From the NCBI GenBank assembly GCA_007116035.1, contig SKJG01000076.1, positions 72,855-136,854 of the forward strand: 64,000 nucleotides of DNA, read 5' to 3'. The notes beneath the pieces were generated by a model. The model was given only the letters and a program-made list of their open reading frames with translations, searched no databases and was not told the origin of the DNA. Source of the stretch: Thioalkalivibrio sp. (GTDB lineage Bacteria; Pseudomonadota; Gammaproteobacteria; Ectothiorhodospirales; Ectothiorhodospiraceae). Positions 1 through 15,052 of the stretch are shown here, one piece after another; within the stretch, counting starts at the first letter, position 1; each line of letters begins with the position of its first letter. The translations under genes were made by a program, and so were the position numbers.

Positions 1-156
1 CAGGTCATAGCGCGCCGCCCCGGCGTGCATCATCTCCACCGCGCAGCAGGCCAGCCCGAAGGTCATCGGCCACAGCGAGCCGGTGCGGGCCCAGTTGATC
101 AGCTTGTCGGCGGAAGTGGTGACAAAGCCTTTCTCGAGAACGCCTTCTATTCCCAT
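1..156 (-). CDS. nuoB: NADH-quinone oxidoreductase subunit B, N-terminal 52 codons (gene continues past the window start)
   Basis: Reverse translation reads [52 protein letters not shown], the conserved NuoB N-terminus with the CC Fe-S ligand pair. The ATG at 156 overlaps the nuoA stop. Confidence 0.9.
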   Translation of the reverse strand, partial: MGIEGVLEKGFVTTSADKLINWARTGSLWPMTFGLACCAVEMMHAGAARYDL

Positions 157-503
157 TCCAGGGCCCCCTTCTTCCATTCATAGATGAAACCGACCACGAG
201 GATGGTCAGAAAGAGCGCCATCGCCAGCAAACCGAACAGTCCGATGCTGTCCAGGGCGACCGCCCACGGAAACAGGAAGGCGATTTCGAGATCGAAGATG
301 ATGAAAAGGATCGCGACGAGGTAGAACCGCACGTCGAACTTCAGGCGGGAATCCTCGAAGGCCTCGAAGCCGCACTCGTAAGGGGAGTTCTTCGCCGCGT
401 CGGGTTTGCTCGGCCCTACCGCCATGCCCAGTGCGAGAGGCACGATACCCGCCACAGCGCCGACGATCAGGAAAATGAGTATGGGCAGGTAACCTTCCAG
501 CAT
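147..503 (-). CDS. nuoA: NADH-quinone oxidoreductase subunit A
   Basis: 118-aa ORF with three hydrophobic segments and the conserved YECGF and FDLE motifs. It lies directly upstream of nuoB. Confidence 0.92.
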   Translation of the reverse strand: MLEGYLPILIFLIVGAVAGIVPLALGMAVGPSKPDAAKNSPYECGFEAFEDSRLKFDVRFYLVAILFIIFDLEIAFLFPWAVALDSIGLFGLLAMALFLTILVVGFIYEWKKGALEWE

Positions 504-645
504 TCCTTTTCTCCCGAACGCCGCCAGGTGGTGGCAGGTTCTTGGTACGCACCGCCTGAAGACGCGGCACGCAAGACGTGTGTGCTGGGTGAGATCGGTT
601 GCAACAGACGACCGGATCCGGTGCCATCAGACTCACCGGGCTGGG

Positions 646-675
646 AGTCTAGGATAAGGCCGGAAACAGTGTCAA
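646..675 (-). promoter_or_regulatory. Candidate sigma70 promoter for the nuo operon
   Basis: On the minus strand: TTGACA (675-670), an 18-nt spacer, then TAGACT (651-646). An unusually AT-rich tract (676-730) sits upstream. About 140 nt from the nuoA ATG. Confidence 0.3.
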
Positions 676-763
676 GTTCTCTTAATATCGTAACCTATTG
701 ATATACTGGAATTACTTTTCTTTTGCGACAGCCGGTCTTGGCGACACGGCGACCGCGCGGGAA

Positions 764-848
764 TGGTGCAGATGGTGGGACTCGAACCCACACGGCTTTC
801 GCCACTACCCCCTCAAGATAGCGTGTCTACCAATTCCACCACATCTGC
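764..848 (-). tRNA. tRNA-Leu, anticodon GAG, with encoded CCA
   Basis: 85 nt. Reverse complement is GCAGATGTGGTGGAATTGGTAGACACGCTATCTTGAGGGGGTAGTGGCGAAAGCCGTGTGGGTTCGAGTCCCACCATCTGCACCA. It has a 7-bp acceptor stem, anticodon stem CTATC/GGTAG with loop TTGAGGG, a long variable arm and a GTTCGAGTC T-loop. Confidence 0.93.
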
Positions 849-917
849 GTGCACGGTCCTGGGGCGGCCTCGCCGCCCCGCCCCGCCCGGGCCGAGGAGG
901 AGGCCGAGGGCGGGGAA

Positions 918-1268
918 TTACTGGGGTATGTCGCCCGGACGACCCGGCAAGGGGTCGATGGGAAGGGATTCGTCGAGCACCCGCTCCTGGCGGGCCTCTT
1001 CCTGCATCTGATCAATCAGGCTGCGCGCCTCCGGCGCCGATGCGGCGAGGTAGGCGAGCGAGAGACTGTTGACGAAGAATACCACCGCCAGGACAGCGGT
1101 GGCGCGGCTCAGGAAATTGGCCGAGCCTCGCGCGCCGAAGACCGTGGCCGAAGCCCCGCTGCCGAACGCGGCACCGGCATCCGCTCCCTTGCCGTGCTGC
1201 ATCAGCACCAGGGCGATCAGCGCAATCGCCACCACCACCTGCACGACGAGCAGGATGCCATAAATCAT
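918..1268 (-). CDS. secG: Preprotein translocase subunit SecG
   Basis: Begins [38 protein letters not shown], a typical SecG. The ATG at 1268 overlaps the tpiA stop. The secG/tRNA-Leu arrangement is classical. Confidence 0.9.
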   Translation of the reverse strand: MIYGILLVVQVVVAIALIALVLMQHGKGADAGAAFGSGASATVFGARGSANFLSRATAVLAVVFFVNSLSLAYLAASAPEARSLIDQMQEEARQERVLDESLPIDPLPGRPGDIPQ

Positions 1269-2041
1269 ACGTTGCCCTGCGCTTGGACCGCGGCAGCGGC
1301 ATTGACGATACCGATGAAGGAATCGGCGTCCAGCGAGGCACCGCCGATGAGTCCGCCGTCGATGTCCGGCAGGCTGAACAGCCCCGGGGCGTTGTCGGCC
1401 TTGACGCTGCCACCGTAGAGAATCCGCAGTCCGTCCGCGACCTTGGGATCGCGGGCCGCGACCCGGGCGCGGATGAAGGCGTGCACCTCGGCCGCCTGCT
1501 CCGGGCTCGCAGTCAGGCCGGTCCCGATGGCCCAGACGGGCTCGTAAGCGACGACCGCGCGGTCGAAGGACGCCACACCTGCCGCGTCCAAGACCGCGTC
1601 GAGCTGTTCCGCCACCACCGCCTCGGTCCGTCCCGCCTCGCGATCGTCCAGCTGCTCGCCGACGCAAAGAATCGGGACAAGACCGACCGACTGCGCCGCG
1701 ATGAACTTGCGTGCGACCCAGGCGCTATCTTCCTGCTGCCGGGCACGGCGCTCCGAGTGACCGACGATCACATACTCGCAGCCCACCTCCTTCAGCATGT
1801 CCGCCGCGATCTCGCCGGTGAAGGCGCCCGCCTTCTCGTCGGAGCAGTCCTGCCCCCCGACGGCGATCGGCTTGCCCTGTAGCTGCGACACGACATCCGG
1901 CAGGTAGACCGCGGGCGGGCACACGGCCACGGCCACGGCGTCACTGCCGCGAATGGCTCCGCTGAGGGCGGACAGGAGTTCCCGATTCGCTGCCAGCGAG
2001 CCGTTCATCTTCCAGTTCCCTGCGACCAGTGCCTTGCGCAT
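1265..2041 (-). CDS. tpiA: Triose-phosphate isomerase
   Basis: Internal start [14 protein letters not shown], with the later VGHSERR and [11 protein letters not shown] motifs. The upstream part of the 306-aa ORF is non-homologous. Confidence 0.93.
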   Translation of the reverse strand: MRKALVAGNWKMNGSLAANRELLSALSGAIRGSDAVAVAVCPPAVYLPDVVSQLQGKPIAVGGQDCSDEKAGAFTGEIAADMLKEVGCEYVIVGHSERRARQQEDSAWVARKFIAAQSVGLVPILCVGEQLDDREAGRTEAVVAEQLDAVLDAAGVASFDRAVVAYEPVWAIGTGLTASPEQAAEVHAFIRARVAARDPKVADGLRILYGGSVKADNAPGLFSLPDIDGGLIGGASLDADSFIGIVNAAAAVQAQGNV

Positions 2042-2081
2042 GCAATCAACCTTGCTGAAGTATTCAATGAGGCGCGCGATG

Positions 2082-3452
2082 TTACCGGCGCGGTGCCTGC
2101 AAATCAACCTGACCGTCGGCCAGGGCCTCCCGGATGGCATTGGCGATCCGCCCGGCAGCTGCCTCGATACGTACCGCATCGTCACCCTCCACCATCACCC
2201 GGATCAGCGGCTCGGTGCCGGAAGGCCGCAGCAGCACCCGTCCGTTGCGGGCAAGCTCTGCAGAGACCTGTTCGACAATGGCCTTGATCGGCGGCGCCTC
2301 GAGCAACCGAACGACGGAGCCCTCGACGGGCACGTTGATCAGGATCTGCGGATACTTCTTGACTGCCTGCCGCAGGACCGAGAGCGGCTTGCCGGTCCGG
2401 TGCATCAGGTGCGCGACACGCAGGGCCGCGACCGTACCGTCGCCGGTCGTGGTGTGGCTCAGGCAGACGATGTGTCCGGAGCCCTCCCCGCCCAGATGCC
2501 AGCCGTTGCGGCGCAGTTCCTCGAGCACGTAACGGTCGCCCACCCGTGCACGCACGAAGGGAATACCGGCCGCGCCCAGGGCCATCTCGAGACCCAGGTT
2601 GCTCATCTGCGTCCCGACCACGCCCCCGGAGAAGCCGCCGTCGGTATGTTCGGACAGGGCCAGAATCCCGAGGATCTCGTCGCCATCGACGATCTCGCCC
2701 TGTTCGTCGACCAGGATCACGCGGTCCCCGTCGCCGTCGAGCGCGATACCGAGATGCGCGCCCACGGCGAGCACCCGCAGGCGCACTTGCTCGGGATACA
2801 GCGCCCCGCACTCGGCATTGATATTGTAGCCGTCGGGACTGGCGCCAATGGTTTCCACGTCCGCACCGAGTTCGTCGAAGACCTGCGGGGTGACGTTGTA
2901 GGTGGCTCCGTTCGCGCAGTCGATCACCAGCCGCAGGCCCCGGAGCTCCGAGCGCGCGGGAATCGCACTCTTGCAGAACTCGATATAGCGCCCGGCAGCG
3001 TCATGGATCCGTTCCGCCTTCCCGAGGCGGTGCGAATCCAGAGCACCCATGGGTTGCTCGAGGTGGGCCTCGATCGCCTCTTCCGTGGCATCCGGCAACT
3101 TGTCGCCCTCGGGCGTGAAGAACTTGAAGCCATTGTCCTGGTAGGGATTGTGCGATGCGCTGATCACCACGCCCGCCGCGGCTCGAAAGGTTCGGGTCAG
3201 ATAGGCGATCGCCGGCGTCGGCATCGGTCCAAGCAGCGCGATATCGGCGCCCGCCGCTGAAAGACCGGCCTCCAGAGCGGATTCAAACATGTAGCCGGAA
3301 ACCCGCGTATCCTTGCCTACCAGCACTGGGCCCGAACTCTGATGACCCAACACCGTGCCCACAGCGTAGCCGAGCCGCAGTGCAAACTCCGGCGTCATCG
3401 GCCACTCGCCTGTGCGACCACGAATTCCGTCAGTCCCGAAATACTTGCCCAT
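2082..3452 (-). CDS. glmM: Phosphoglucosamine mutase
   Basis: Begins [12 protein letters not shown]. Contains the active-site SASHNP and DGDGDR motifs. Confidence 0.95.
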   Translation of the reverse strand: MGKYFGTDGIRGRTGEWPMTPEFALRLGYAVGTVLGHQSSGPVLVGKDTRVSGYMFESALEAGLSAAGADIALLGPMPTPAIAYLTRTFRAAAGVVISASHNPYQDNGFKFFTPEGDKLPDATEEAIEAHLEQPMGALDSHRLGKAERIHDAAGRYIEFCKSAIPARSELRGLRLVIDCANGATYNVTPQVFDELGADVETIGASPDGYNINAECGALYPEQVRLRVLAVGAHLGIALDGDGDRVILVDEQGEIVDGDEILGILALSEHTDGGFSGGVVGTQMSNLGLEMALGAAGIPFVRARVGDRYVLEELRRNGWHLGGEGSGHIVCLSHTTTGDGTVAALRVAHLMHRTGKPLSVLRQAVKKYPQILINVPVEGSVVRLLEAPPIKAIVEQVSAELARNGRVLLRPSGTEPLIRVMVEGDDAVRIEAAAGRIANAIREALADGQVDLQAPRR

Positions 3453-3455
3453 CGA

Positions 3456-4313
3456 TCAGGCCTCCCCTATTCCCTGTTCACCCAACGCCGCCAGAATCGC
3501 CAGCGAATCGGCGGTTTCCCGCACGTCGTGCACGCGCAGGATACTGGCACCCGCGTGCGCCGCCAGCATGGCCGCCGCGACGCTACCCATCAATCGGTCC
3601 GTGACCGGCCTGTTGCCCAGCAAGGACCCGATCAGGGACTTGCGGGACACTCCGACCAGCACCGGGTAGCCCAGGGCCGCCAGCGCCGACAGCCCGCGGA
3701 ACAACGCAATGTTGTGCTCCAGCGTCTTGCCAAACCCGAAGCCCGGGTCGAGCACGATGCGGTCCGACGCCACTCCGCGCGCCAGCAGTGCCTCGGTCTG
3801 TCCGGACAGGAACGCAACGACCTCGGCGACGACATCGCGGTACTGCGGCTGTTTCTGCATCGACCGCGGCGAGCCCTGCATGTGCATCACGCACACGGCG
3901 GCACCGCTCCCGGCCGCCACATCCATCGCGCCCGGGGCCCGAAGACCGTTGACGTCGTTGATCATGCCTGCCCCGGCCGCGACGGCCGCGCGCATCACCT
4001 CGGGCTTGCTGGTGTCCACGGACACCGCGACGTCGACTTCCGTGTGCAACGCGGCAATCACGGGAATCACCCGCTCGAGCTCTTCATCCAGGGGCACGGG
4101 CTCCGCACCCGGACGGGTCGATTCGCCGCCCACGTCGATGATGTCCGCCCCATCGGCGACCAGTCGACACGCATGCGCGATGGCGCTCTCCCGTCCGGCA
4201 AAGCGGCCGCCATCGGAAAACGAATCCGGCGTCACGTTCAGGACACCCATGATCAGGGGGCGGTCCAGCGGCAACCGATGTCCGGCACAGTCCAGGGTCA
4301 GGCGTTCGAGCAT
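3456..4313 (-). CDS. folP: Dihydropteroate synthase
   Basis: Contains IMGVLNVTPDSFSDGG and DIIDVGGESTRPG motifs. The folP-glmM order is conserved. Confidence 0.94.
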   Translation of the reverse strand: MLERLTLDCAGHRLPLDRPLIMGVLNVTPDSFSDGGRFAGRESAIAHACRLVADGADIIDVGGESTRPGAEPVPLDEELERVIPVIAALHTEVDVAVSVDTSKPEVMRAAVAAGAGMINDVNGLRAPGAMDVAAGSGAAVCVMHMQGSPRSMQKQPQYRDVVAEVVAFLSGQTEALLARGVASDRIVLDPGFGFGKTLEHNIALFRGLSALAALGYPVLVGVSRKSLIGSLLGNRPVTDRLMGSVAAAMLAAHAGASILRVHDVRETADSLAILAALGEQGIGEA

Positions 4314-4390
4314 GCCGGGATGGTAATGGATTTACAAACGGAAAGGGGCACCCGGATGCTCTCCGGGTGCCCCCGTGCGGTGCCGTGGTA

Positions 4391-6334
<1,944 letters not shown>

Positions 6335-6373
6335 AATGCCACCTCGAAATCGCTTAGTTCGCTAGAGAGAACG

Positions 6374-7000
6374 TTACACATCCCGGAGCCCTCGCGCCAA
6401 TACGTACACTTCCCGTGACCGAGGCCGCGAAGCTTCCGGCTTGCGCACCACCACACGGCTGAACCGCTTTCGCACCTCGCGCAGGAATTCATCCGAACCC
6501 TGCCCCTGAAACACTTTGACGAGAAAAGCCCCATTCGGTTTCAAAACCTTGACCGAAAGATCCAGCGCCAGTTCACAGAGGTAGATGGCCCGCGGCTGGT
6601 CGACCGCATCCGTTCCCGATAGGTTGGGGGCGATATCCGACAGTACAAGGTCCGCCGGTTCGCCACCCAGCTGGTCTAGGATTGCATGCAGGACCGGCTC
6701 CTCGCGAAAATCCCCGGTCACGATGTCGACACCCGGAATCGGGTCCATCGGCAGGATGTCCGAGGCCACCACACGACCCGAAGGTCCCACGCGCTCCCTG
6801 GCGTACTGGCTCCATCCGCCGGGGGCGGCTCCCAGGTCGACCACGCGCATCCCCGGCCCCAGAAGCTGGTCGCGCCGGTCGATTTCGGCCAGCTTGTACA
6901 CTGCGCGCGCCCGGTAGCCTTCCTGCTGGGCACGCACCACGAAGGGATCGTCGAAGTGCTCCCTGAGCCAGCGTTGGCTGGACTTGCTGCGTTTCGCCAT
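6374..7000 (-). CDS. rlmE: 23S rRNA (uridine2552-2'-O)-methyltransferase RlmE (FtsJ)
   Basis: Internal start [21 protein letters not shown], followed by the [14 protein letters not shown] motif. It lies upstream of ftsH as in E. coli. Confidence 0.92.
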   Translation of the reverse strand: MAKRSKSSQRWLREHFDDPFVVRAQQEGYRARAVYKLAEIDRRDQLLGPGMRVVDLGAAPGGWSQYARERVGPSGRVVASDILPMDPIPGVDIVTGDFREEPVLHAILDQLGGEPADLVLSDIAPNLSGTDAVDQPRAIYLCELALDLSVKVLKPNGAFLVKVFQGQGSDEFLREVRKRFSRVVVRKPEASRPRSREVYVLARGLRDV

Positions 7001-7069
7001 CCCCGTTCCCTTCGGACCACCACAGGGCCATGCTACACTCGCCACCCTCGAAAAACCGGTATCTCGTAC

Positions 7070-7381
7070 GTGGACCTGACCGAACCGCAGCGTAAGCTGC
7101 TTCGCAGCCTGGCGCACCCGCGCAAACCCATCGTAACCATCGGCCGCAACGGCCTGACAGATGGTGTGCTCGCCGAACTGGACCAGGCGTTGGAGCATCA
7201 CGAACTGGTCAAGGTCAAGATCAAGATCGGCGATCGGGAAAACCGCAATGCCATGGTCACTGCGATCTGCGAACGCACCGGCGCGGCCTTGATCCAGCGC
7301 ATCGGATTCGTCGCGACCGTGTTTCGGCGCAACGCCGAAAAACCGGTGATCTCCCTGGCTGGAATTCCGCCCCTCAGTTGA
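7070..7381 (+). CDS. yhbY: Ribosome assembly RNA-binding protein YhbY (CRM domain)
   Basis: GTG start. The sequence [49 protein letters not shown] closely parallels E. coli YhbY. Divergent from rlmE as in E. coli. Confidence 0.85.
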   Translation: MDLTEPQRKLLRSLAHPRKPIVTIGRNGLTDGVLAELDQALEHHELVKVKIKIGDRENRNAMVTAICERTGAALIQRIGFVATVFRRNAEKPVISLAGIPPLS

Positions 7382-7853
7382 CGTAGAGGACTTCCAGGAT
7401 TTCGTACTCCCGCGCGCCGCCCGGGGCCTGCACGGTCACCAGGTCGCCCTCCTCTTTGCCGATCAGCGCGCGGGCGATCGGCGAACTCACCGAGATCATG
7501 CCCTGCTTGATGTCGGCTTCGTCATCGCCGACGATGCGGTACGTCACGGCGTTGCCATCTTCCGTGGCCTCAAGCTTCACCGTCACGCCGAAGACGACCT
7601 TGCCGCTCTCCGGCAGGCTGGTGACATCGATGACCTGGGCGTTCGCGAGTTTGCCCTCGATCTCCCGGATCCGCCCCTCGATGAAACTCTGCTGCTCCCG
7701 CGCGGCATGGTACTCCGCGTTCTCCTTCAGGTCGCCATGCGCGCGGGCCTCGGCGATCGCATTCACCACCCGGGGCCGATCCTCGGCCTTCAGCCGGCGC
7801 AACTCCTCTTTCAGCTTCTCGGCACCGGCGACGGTCAGCGGGGTTTTGCTCAT
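7374..7853 (-). CDS. greA: Transcription elongation factor GreA
   Basis: 159 aa, beginning [22 protein letters not shown], with [15 protein letters not shown]. Confidence 0.95.
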   Translation of the reverse strand: MSKTPLTVAGAEKLKEELRRLKAEDRPRVVNAIAEARAHGDLKENAEYHAAREQQSFIEGRIREIEGKLANAQVIDVTSLPESGKVVFGVTVKLEATEDGNAVTYRIVGDDEADIKQGMISVSSPIARALIGKEEGDLVTVQAPGGAREYEILEVLYVN

Positions 7854-10800
7854 GGCTCACTCCGACCCTGCAGACTCTCTGCATGCAGGTCCTGCAGACA
7901 GAACACGTTCTCGAATTCCAGGTGGTCCAGTGCCTGCACGGTAGCCAGGGCGCCGGCAATGGTCGTCGTATAGCTCACCTTGTGCATCAGCGCCTCGCGG
8001 CGGATGGTGAACGAATCCGCGGTCGCCTGCTTGCCCTCCACCGTGTTCACGATGAAGCTGATCTCGTCGTTCTTGATCATGTCGACGATATGCGGCCGAC
8101 CCTCGGTGACCTTGTTCACCACTGTCACCTCAACGCCCTCCTCCTGCAGGAAGGCCGCCGTACCCCGTGTCGCCAGCACTTCAAAGCCCAGTTCCACCAG
8201 CCGTCGGCCGACCTTGGCCAGGGTCGCCCGCTTGTCGATCTCGCGCACCGACACGAACGCCTTCCCGCGTGCGGGGAGGAGCACACCGGCCCCCAGCTGG
8301 CTCTTGGCGAAGGCCTCGGCAAAACTTCGGCCGACACCCATGACCTCGCCCGTGGACTTCATTTCCGGCCCAAGGATCGGATCCACGCCGGGGAACTTTG
8401 CAAACGGAAAGACCGCCTCTTTCACCGCGTAAAAAGCCGGTCGCACCGGTTCCACCAACGCCTGTGCCTTCAGGCTGGTGCCCGCCATGCAGCGCGCGCC
8501 GATCTTGGCCAGGGGCAGTCCGACCACCTTGGACACGAAGGGTACCGTGCGCGAAGCGCGCGGATTCACCTCCAGTACATAGATGTCCTCGCCCTTGATC
8601 GCGAACTGGGTGTTCATCAGGCCGATGACCTTCAACCCCACCGCCATCCTGCGTACCTGCTCGGCCATCTCGTCCTGGAGCCGATCGGACAGCGAGAACG
8701 GCGGCAACGAGCACGCCGAGTCGCCGGAGTGGACCCCGGCCTGTTCGATGTGTTCCATGATGCCGCCGATGAACACCTCCTGGCCGTCGCAGATCGCATC
8801 GACATCGACCTCGATCGCATCGTCCAGAAAATGGTCCAGGAGCACCGGAGCGTCGTTCGAGACGGAAACCGCATCGCGCATGTAGCGCTTCAGATCCTCC
8901 TCGTCACGCACGATCTCCATCGCACGCCCGCCGAGCACGTACGAGGGTCGCACGACCAACGGATAGCCGATCTCGGCCGCCAGCTTCTCGGCCTCGTCTT
9001 CGCTGCGGGCGGTGCGGTTCGGAGGCTGGCGAAGATCGAGCTTCTGCAGCAGATGTTGGAAGCGCTCCCGGTCCTCCGCGAGGTCGATGGAATCCGGCGA
9101 CGTACCGATGATCGGCACACCCGCCGCCTCGAGATCGCGCGCAAGCTTCAGCGGCGTCTGGCCACCGTACTGCACGATCACGCCCTTGGGCTTCTCCAAC
9201 GCGACGATTTCGAGCACGTCCTCCAGGGTCAGCGGCTCGAAATACAGCCGGTCGGAAGTATCGTAATCGGTAGAGACCGTCTCGGGATTGCAGTTGACCA
9301 TGATGGTCTCGTAACCATCCTCGCGCATCGCCAGCGCCGCATGGACACAGCAGTAATCGAACTCGATGCCCTGACCGATCCGGTTGGGTCCGCCGCCCAG
9401 GACCATGATTTTCTCGCGGTCAGTGGGCTCGGCCTCGTTCTCCTCCTCGTAGGTGGAGTACATGTACGCCGTCGTCGTCGCAAACTCGGCCGCGCAGGTG
9501 TCGACGCGCTTGTACACCGGCCGCACACCCAGCGCATGCCGTTGCTTGCGCACCGCTTTTTCGGTTTCGTTGAGCAGCCGGGCCAGACGCCTGTCGGAGA
9601 ATCCGCGGCGTTTCAGCTCGAACATCTCCTCCGGACGCAGGTCGTTCAGAAAGCGGTCCCGGGTGGTTTTCTCGATCTCGATCAGCTGGTGGATCTGGGC
9701 CAGGAACCAGCGATCGATCGCGGTCAGACCGAAGATCTCCTCGATGCTGAAACCCGCGCGAAAGCCGTCGGCGACGTTGAAGATGCGCTCTGGCCCGGGG
9801 TTTGCGAGCAATGTGCGCAGTCGCTCGACCACGTCATCGCCCTTCGCATCCACCATCTCATCGAGGCCGTCGACCCCGATCTCGAGCCCGCGCAACGCCT
9901 TCTGCAGGGACTCCTGGAAGGTGCGCCCAATCGCCATGACCTCACCGACCGACTTCATCTGCGTGGTCAGCCGGGCCTGGGCCTGCGGGAACTTCTCGAA
10001 GGTGAAGCGCGGGATCTTGGTGACCACGTAGTCGATCGAGGGCTCGAAGGAGGCCGGGGTCAGCCCTCCAGTGATGTCGTTGCGCAGTTCGTCCAGGGTG
10101 TAACCCACAGCGAGCTTCGCGGCGATCTTGGCAATCGGGAAACCGGTGGCCTTGGACGCCAATGCCGACGAACGCGATACACGGGGGTTCATCTCGATCA
10201 CGATGAGCCGACCGTCATCCGGGTTCACCGCGAACTGCACGTTGGAACCGCCGGTCTCGACGCCGATCTTGCGCAGCACCGCCAGCGAGGCGTCACGCAT
10301 GATCTGGTATTCCTTGTCGGTCAGGGTCTGCGCCGGGGCCACGGTGATCGAGTCACCCGTGTGCACGCCCATCGGGTCGAGGTTCTCGATCGAACAGACG
10401 ATGATGCAGTTGTCCGCCTTGTCGCGGACCACCTCCATCTCGAACTCCTTCCAACCGAGCGCCGACTCCTCCAGCAGCACCTCGTTGGTCGGCGACAGAT
10501 CCAGGCCGCCCTTCACGATCTCCTCGAATTCGTCGCGGTTGTAGGCGATGCCTCCGCCCGAGCCGCCCAGGGTGAACGAGGGTCGGATGATCACCGGGAA
10601 ACCGATCTCCGGCTGCACCCGCTGCGCATCCTCCCAGGAGTGGGCGATGAAGGCCCTGGGCGTGGCCAGCCCGATCTCGCTCATGGCCTCACGGAACCGC
10701 TCGCGGTCCTCGGCCATGTCGATCGCATCCTCGTTCGCGCCGATCATCTCGACGCCGAATTCCTTGAGCACGCCGTGGTTGGCCAGGTCCAGTGCACAGT

Positions 10801-11089
10801 TCAGCGCGGTCTGTCCGCCCATGGTCGGCAACAGCGCGTCCGGACGCTCCTTTTCGATGATCCTCGCCACCACGCGCCAGTCGACCGGCTCGATGTACAC
10901 CGCGTCAGCCGTCTCCGGGTCGGTCATGATGGTCGCCGGATTGGAATTGACCAGGATCACGCGGAATCCCTCCTCGCGCAGGGCCTTGCAGGCCTGGGCG
11001 CCGGAGTAGTCGAACTCGCAGGCCTGGCCGATCACGATCGGCCCGGCGCCGATGATCAGGACGCTCTGGATGTCGGTACGCTTGGGCAT
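7850..11089 (-). CDS. carB: Carbamoyl-phosphate synthase large subunit
   Basis: 1079 aa, beginning [30 protein letters not shown]. Shows the duplicated ATP-grasp halves. Confidence 0.98.
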   Translation of the reverse strand: MPKRTDIQSVLIIGAGPIVIGQACEFDYSGAQACKALREEGFRVILVNSNPATIMTDPETADAVYIEPVDWRVVARIIEKERPDALLPTMGGQTALNCALDLANHGVLKEFGVEMIGANEDAIDMAEDRERFREAMSEIGLATPRAFIAHSWEDAQRVQPEIGFPVIIRPSFTLGGSGGGIAYNRDEFEEIVKGGLDLSPTNEVLLEESALGWKEFEMEVVRDKADNCIIVCSIENLDPMGVHTGDSITVAPAQTLTDKEYQIMRDASLAVLRKIGVETGGSNVQFAVNPDDGRLIVIEMNPRVSRSSALASKATGFPIAKIAAKLAVGYTLDELRNDITGGLTPASFEPSIDYVVTKIPRFTFEKFPQAQARLTTQMKSVGEVMAIGRTFQESLQKALRGLEIGVDGLDEMVDAKGDDVVERLRTLLANPGPERIFNVADGFRAGFSIEEIFGLTAIDRWFLAQIHQLIEIEKTTRDRFLNDLRPEEMFELKRRGFSDRRLARLLNETEKAVRKQRHALGVRPVYKRVDTCAAEFATTTAYMYSTYEEENEAEPTDREKIMVLGGGPNRIGQGIEFDYCCVHAALAMREDGYETIMVNCNPETVSTDYDTSDRLYFEPLTLEDVLEIVALEKPKGVIVQYGGQTPLKLARDLEAAGVPIIGTSPDSIDLAEDRERFQHLLQKLDLRQPPNRTARSEDEAEKLAAEIGYPLVVRPSYVLGGRAMEIVRDEEDLKRYMRDAVSVSNDAPVLLDHFLDDAIEVDVDAICDGQEVFIGGIMEHIEQAGVHSGDSACSLPPFSLSDRLQDEMAEQVRRMAVGLKVIGLMNTQFAIKGEDIYVLEVNPRASRTVPFVSKVVGLPLAKIGARCMAGTSLKAQALVEPVRPAFYAVKEAVFPFAKFPGVDPILGPEMKSTGEVMGVGRSFAEAFAKSQLGAGVLLPARGKAFVSVREIDKRATLAKVGRRLVELGFEVLATRGTAAFLQEEGVEVTVVNKVTEGRPHIVDMIKNDEISFIVNTVEGKQATADSFTIRREALMHKVSYTTTIAGALATVQALDHLEFENVFCLQDLHAESLQGRSEP

Positions 11090-11136
11090 GGCGAGGCAGC
11101 TCCGGAGTCGGATTCGAGTGCGGCTTGGGGAAGAAC

Positions 11137-12270
11137 CTAGCGGCGCGCGGCGCGCATCGCGGCGATGAAATCATCAAAGGCGGGGGCGACATCATGCGGG
11201 CCCGGGCTGGCTTCCGGGTGGCCCTGGAAGCTGAATGCCGGGCAGTCGTTACGCGCAATGCCCTGCAGGGTGCCGTCGAACAGAGAACGGTGTGTGGCCT
11301 CCAGGCAGTCCGGCAGGTTCTGCTCGTCGACCGCGAACCCGTGATTCTGGCTGGAGATCATCACCTTGTTGCTGCGCAGGTCCTGGATCGGATGGTTGGC
11401 CCCGTGATGGCCGAACTTCATCTTCACCGTCCGTGCGCCGCTGGCCAGTCCGAGCAACTGGTGCCCAAGGCAGATGCCGAACAACGCTGTCTGCTCCGTG
11501 CAGAAGCGGCGAATGGTAGCCACCGCGTAATCGCAGGGTTCCGGATCGCCGGGGCCGTTGGAGAGGAAAATCCCGTCCGGCTTCAGGTCCAGGGCGTCCT
11601 GCGCCGATGTGTCGGCCGGCACGACGGTCACCCGGCAGCCGCGATCGACGAGCATGCGCAGGATGTTGTGTTTCATGCCGAAATCATAGGCGACCACGTG
11701 AAACTCGGCGTCGGTCGGGGCCAGCCGGTGCACCGGCCCGTCGAGGTTCCAGGTGCCGTCCAGCCACTCGTAGCGGTTCTTCGTGGTGACCTCGCGGGCC
11801 AGATCCATGCCCTTGATGCCGGGAAAGGCGCGCGCCTGCTCCAGGGCACGCTCGACATTGATCTCGCCCCCCTGCATGCAGCCGTTCTGCGCGCCCTTCT
11901 CCCGCAGGATGCGGGTCAGTTTGCGGGTATCGATGCCGGAGATCGCCACCACCCCGTGACGCATCAGGAAATCGGGTAGCGACTCGCGGCTGCGCCAGTT
12001 GCTGACCAGCGGCGGCACGTCGCGCACGATCAGACCGGCGGCGTGCACCCGTGCCGATTCGTCGTCCTCCGGCGTCGCACCGACGTTACCGATATGCGGG
12101 TAGGTCAGGGTCACCATCTGCCGGGCGTAGGAGGGATCGGTCAGAATCTCCTGGTAACCCGTCATGGCGGTGTTGAAGACCACCTCCCCAACGGTCTCCC
12201 CGACCGCCCCCACGGACTGGCCATGAAACACGGTTCCGTCTTCAAGAACGAGCACAGCGGGCACGGACAC
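11137..12270 (-). CDS. carA: Carbamoyl-phosphate synthase small subunit (glutamine amidotransferase)
   Basis: Contains [35 protein letters not shown] and GICLGHQ. The start is placed at GTG 12270, 5 nt after a GGAGG. The upstream part of the 489-aa ORF is repeat or intergenic sequence. Confidence 0.9.
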   Translation of the reverse strand: MSVPAVLVLEDGTVFHGQSVGAVGETVGEVVFNTAMTGYQEILTDPSYARQMVTLTYPHIGNVGATPEDDESARVHAAGLIVRDVPPLVSNWRSRESLPDFLMRHGVVAISGIDTRKLTRILREKGAQNGCMQGGEINVERALEQARAFPGIKGMDLAREVTTKNRYEWLDGTWNLDGPVHRLAPTDAEFHVVAYDFGMKHNILRMLVDRGCRVTVVPADTSAQDALDLKPDGIFLSNGPGDPEPCDYAVATIRRFCTEQTALFGICLGHQLLGLASGARTVKMKFGHHGANHPIQDLRSNKVMISSQNHGFAVDEQNLPDCLEATHRSLFDGTLQGIARNDCPAFSFQGHPEASPGPHDVAPAFDDFIAAMRAARR

Positions 12271-12435
12271 GGGCACCTCCGGACGGGTGGCTTGCGCGCG
12301 ACCCACCACTGCTGACAGCGGCGAGCACGTTGGCATACGGGATTGGACGCAGTGTACGCGAGCGTCGAAACGCGGTCCAACCGGACGCCTTTCAGAGGTC
12401 CAGGCCAGCAGGCCGACTGGCCGCTTGCGCGCAGC

Positions 12436-12545
12436 GCAGCGTGGAGCGCGGCGGCTTGCCGCCGCTTTGGGACATCCGGATGCACTCCGCGCACCCGACA
12501 GCGGGAGCAAGCCGCCGGACTCCAAAGGGAGCACTCCAGACCGGT
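12436..12545. repeat. REP-like intergenic repeat, copy A
   Basis: Core 1 is TGGAGCGCGGCGGCTTGCCGCCGCTTT (12441-12467). Core 2 is AGCGGGAGCAAGC (12500-12512). Both recur at 13501-13575 and, inverted, at 46683-46914. Confidence 0.6.
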
Positions 12546-13493
<948 letters not shown>

Positions 13494-13500
13494 TTACGCC

Positions 13501-13575
13501 CCGGCGCATCTGGAGTGCGGCAGCTTGCCGCCGCTTTCGGGCAATCGATAGCGGGAGCAAGCTCCCGTAGTCCAC
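13501..13575. repeat. REP-like intergenic repeat, copy B
   Basis: CCGGCGCATCTGGAGTGCGGCAGCTTGCCGCCGCTTTCGGG, then 12 nt, then AGCGGGAGCAAGCTCCCGTAG. Each core is a short GC palindrome around a GCTTGC/GCAAGC centre. Confidence 0.6.
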
Positions 13576-13624
13576 AGGGCGCCGCCCGGAAGCGCCGATC
13601 GAGGCCCCGAGCCGGACCAGCCAT

Positions 13625-14770
13625 TCACCGGATCCGGTTCCGCAGCGTGCCGAATACCGAGACGAGCACACCCAACCCCGCCATTACCGCCGCAAGGACG
13701 TAGACCGAAGCCGGACTCACGCCATCCCACAGATAGCCGCTTGCAAGCGCGCCGATCGCTCCCCCCAGCCCGAAACTCAGCGAGGAATAGAGCGCCTGGC
13801 CGCGGCCCTGCAACCTGCCGGGAAAATACAAGTGGATGAGTGAGATCGCCGCCGCGTGGTACACGCCGTAGCTGGCTGCGTGCAGCAACTGGATGAAGAT
13901 CAGCGCGGACAGGCTCTCCGGAATCGCGGCCAGCAGCCACCAACGCAGCGTGGTCAGCAACAGCGCCACCGTGACCAACGGCCAGGCCCCGAAGCGCAGG
14001 ATCAGCTGGGGCATTACCAGGAACAGCAGCACTTCCGCCGCCACGCCGAGGGCCCAGAGCTGCCCGGCGACGGCCCGGCTGAACCCCTGCCCCTCGACGT
14101 ACAGCGTGAAGAACGCATAGTACGGACCGTGACTGGCCTGCATGAAGAAGCAGGCCGCGAGCAGCGCGATCACCTCCGGGCGGCGCAGTACCGAGAACAG
14201 CGGGGTCAGCCCGTCGCCGGACTGCTGTCCATCCGGGGGCTCGCGCACGCGCAGGGTGACGACATACAGCGCCAGAAGAATCCCGAGCATGATCCAGGGC
14301 AGCCAGCTGAGCGCCAGTCTGTCGAGCAGCCAGCCCAGCCCGACGACGGCGACGATGAAGCCGATCGAACCCCAGAGGCGGACCAGCGCATAGCGGTGGC
14401 TGTCGCGCCCCAGCGCACGCAGGGTGGTGGCCTCGAACTGCGGCAGGATCGCGTTCCAGAAAAAACTGAAGACGGCCATCACCACCGCCAGCCACCAGTA
14501 GCCGGAGTGAAGGAGCACCCCACCGAAGGTCAGGAGGGCCGCGAGCGCACCCCAGCGGATGATGGGCATGCGCACCCCGGTGCGATCGGCGAGCCAGCCC
14601 CAGATGTTCGGGGCAATGATCTTGGTCGCGAGGATGATCGCCATCAGCTGTCCGATCTGGGCGCCGCTGAAGCCCAGATCGGACAGATACGGCCCCCAGT
14701 AGGGCATGAACGCCCCGATACTGGCGAAATAGAAGAAATAGAAGCTCGAGAGGCGAACGTGCTGGTTCAC
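13625..14770 (-). CDS. MFS transporter (MFS_1_like / HcaT-like family)
   Basis: About 12 hydrophobic segments. Begins LSSFYFFYFASIGAFMPYWGPYLSDLGF. The start is placed at GTG 14770; upstream ORF sequence is repeat-bearing intergenic DNA. Confidence 0.8.
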   Translation of the reverse strand: MNQHVRLSSFYFFYFASIGAFMPYWGPYLSDLGFSGAQIGQLMAIILATKIIAPNIWGWLADRTGVRMPIIRWGALAALLTFGGVLLHSGYWWLAVVMAVFSFFWNAILPQFEATTLRALGRDSHRYALVRLWGSIGFIVAVVGLGWLLDRLALSWLPWIMLGILLALYVVTLRVREPPDGQQSGDGLTPLFSVLRRPEVIALLAACFFMQASHGPYYAFFTLYVEGQGFSRAVAGQLWALGVAAEVLLFLVMPQLILRFGAWPLVTVALLLTTLRWWLLAAIPESLSALIFIQLLHAASYGVYHAAAISLIHLYFPGRLQGRGQALYSSLSFGLGGAIGALASGYLWDGVSPASVYVLAAVMAGLGVLVSVFGTLRNRIR

Positions 14771-15052
14771 GGGCTCAGGGTCTTGCTGCCGTGTGAATGG
14801 AAGCAGCCGGTTCGCGCGCAAGGCGCGCTCCTGCGGTTCGGCCAATGCACTGCAAGAGGGCACCTCGTGGGCGCAAGCGCCGGAGCAAGGCGGGCAAGTG
14901 CAGGAACAGTCCCCCGATTGCAAACTTGCCCAGCGCAACGCCGGCGCTTCTGGCGAAGCGATCGGGTACCGAACCTCCCGCATGGCCCACTGGACACCGA
15001 TCCGCTCCAGGGCACGGACCGCGGAAAAGCAGGCTGCAGGATCGCCGAGGGA

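Noticed and set aside
7883-11140. 1085-aa ORF on the plus strand, antisense to carB
   Set aside because: Shadow ORF of a GC-rich gene. Its translation is Arg/Leu/His/Gly-rich with no recognisable motifs, whereas the minus strand encodes a textbook CarB. The same reasoning applies to 11125-11979, antisense to carA.
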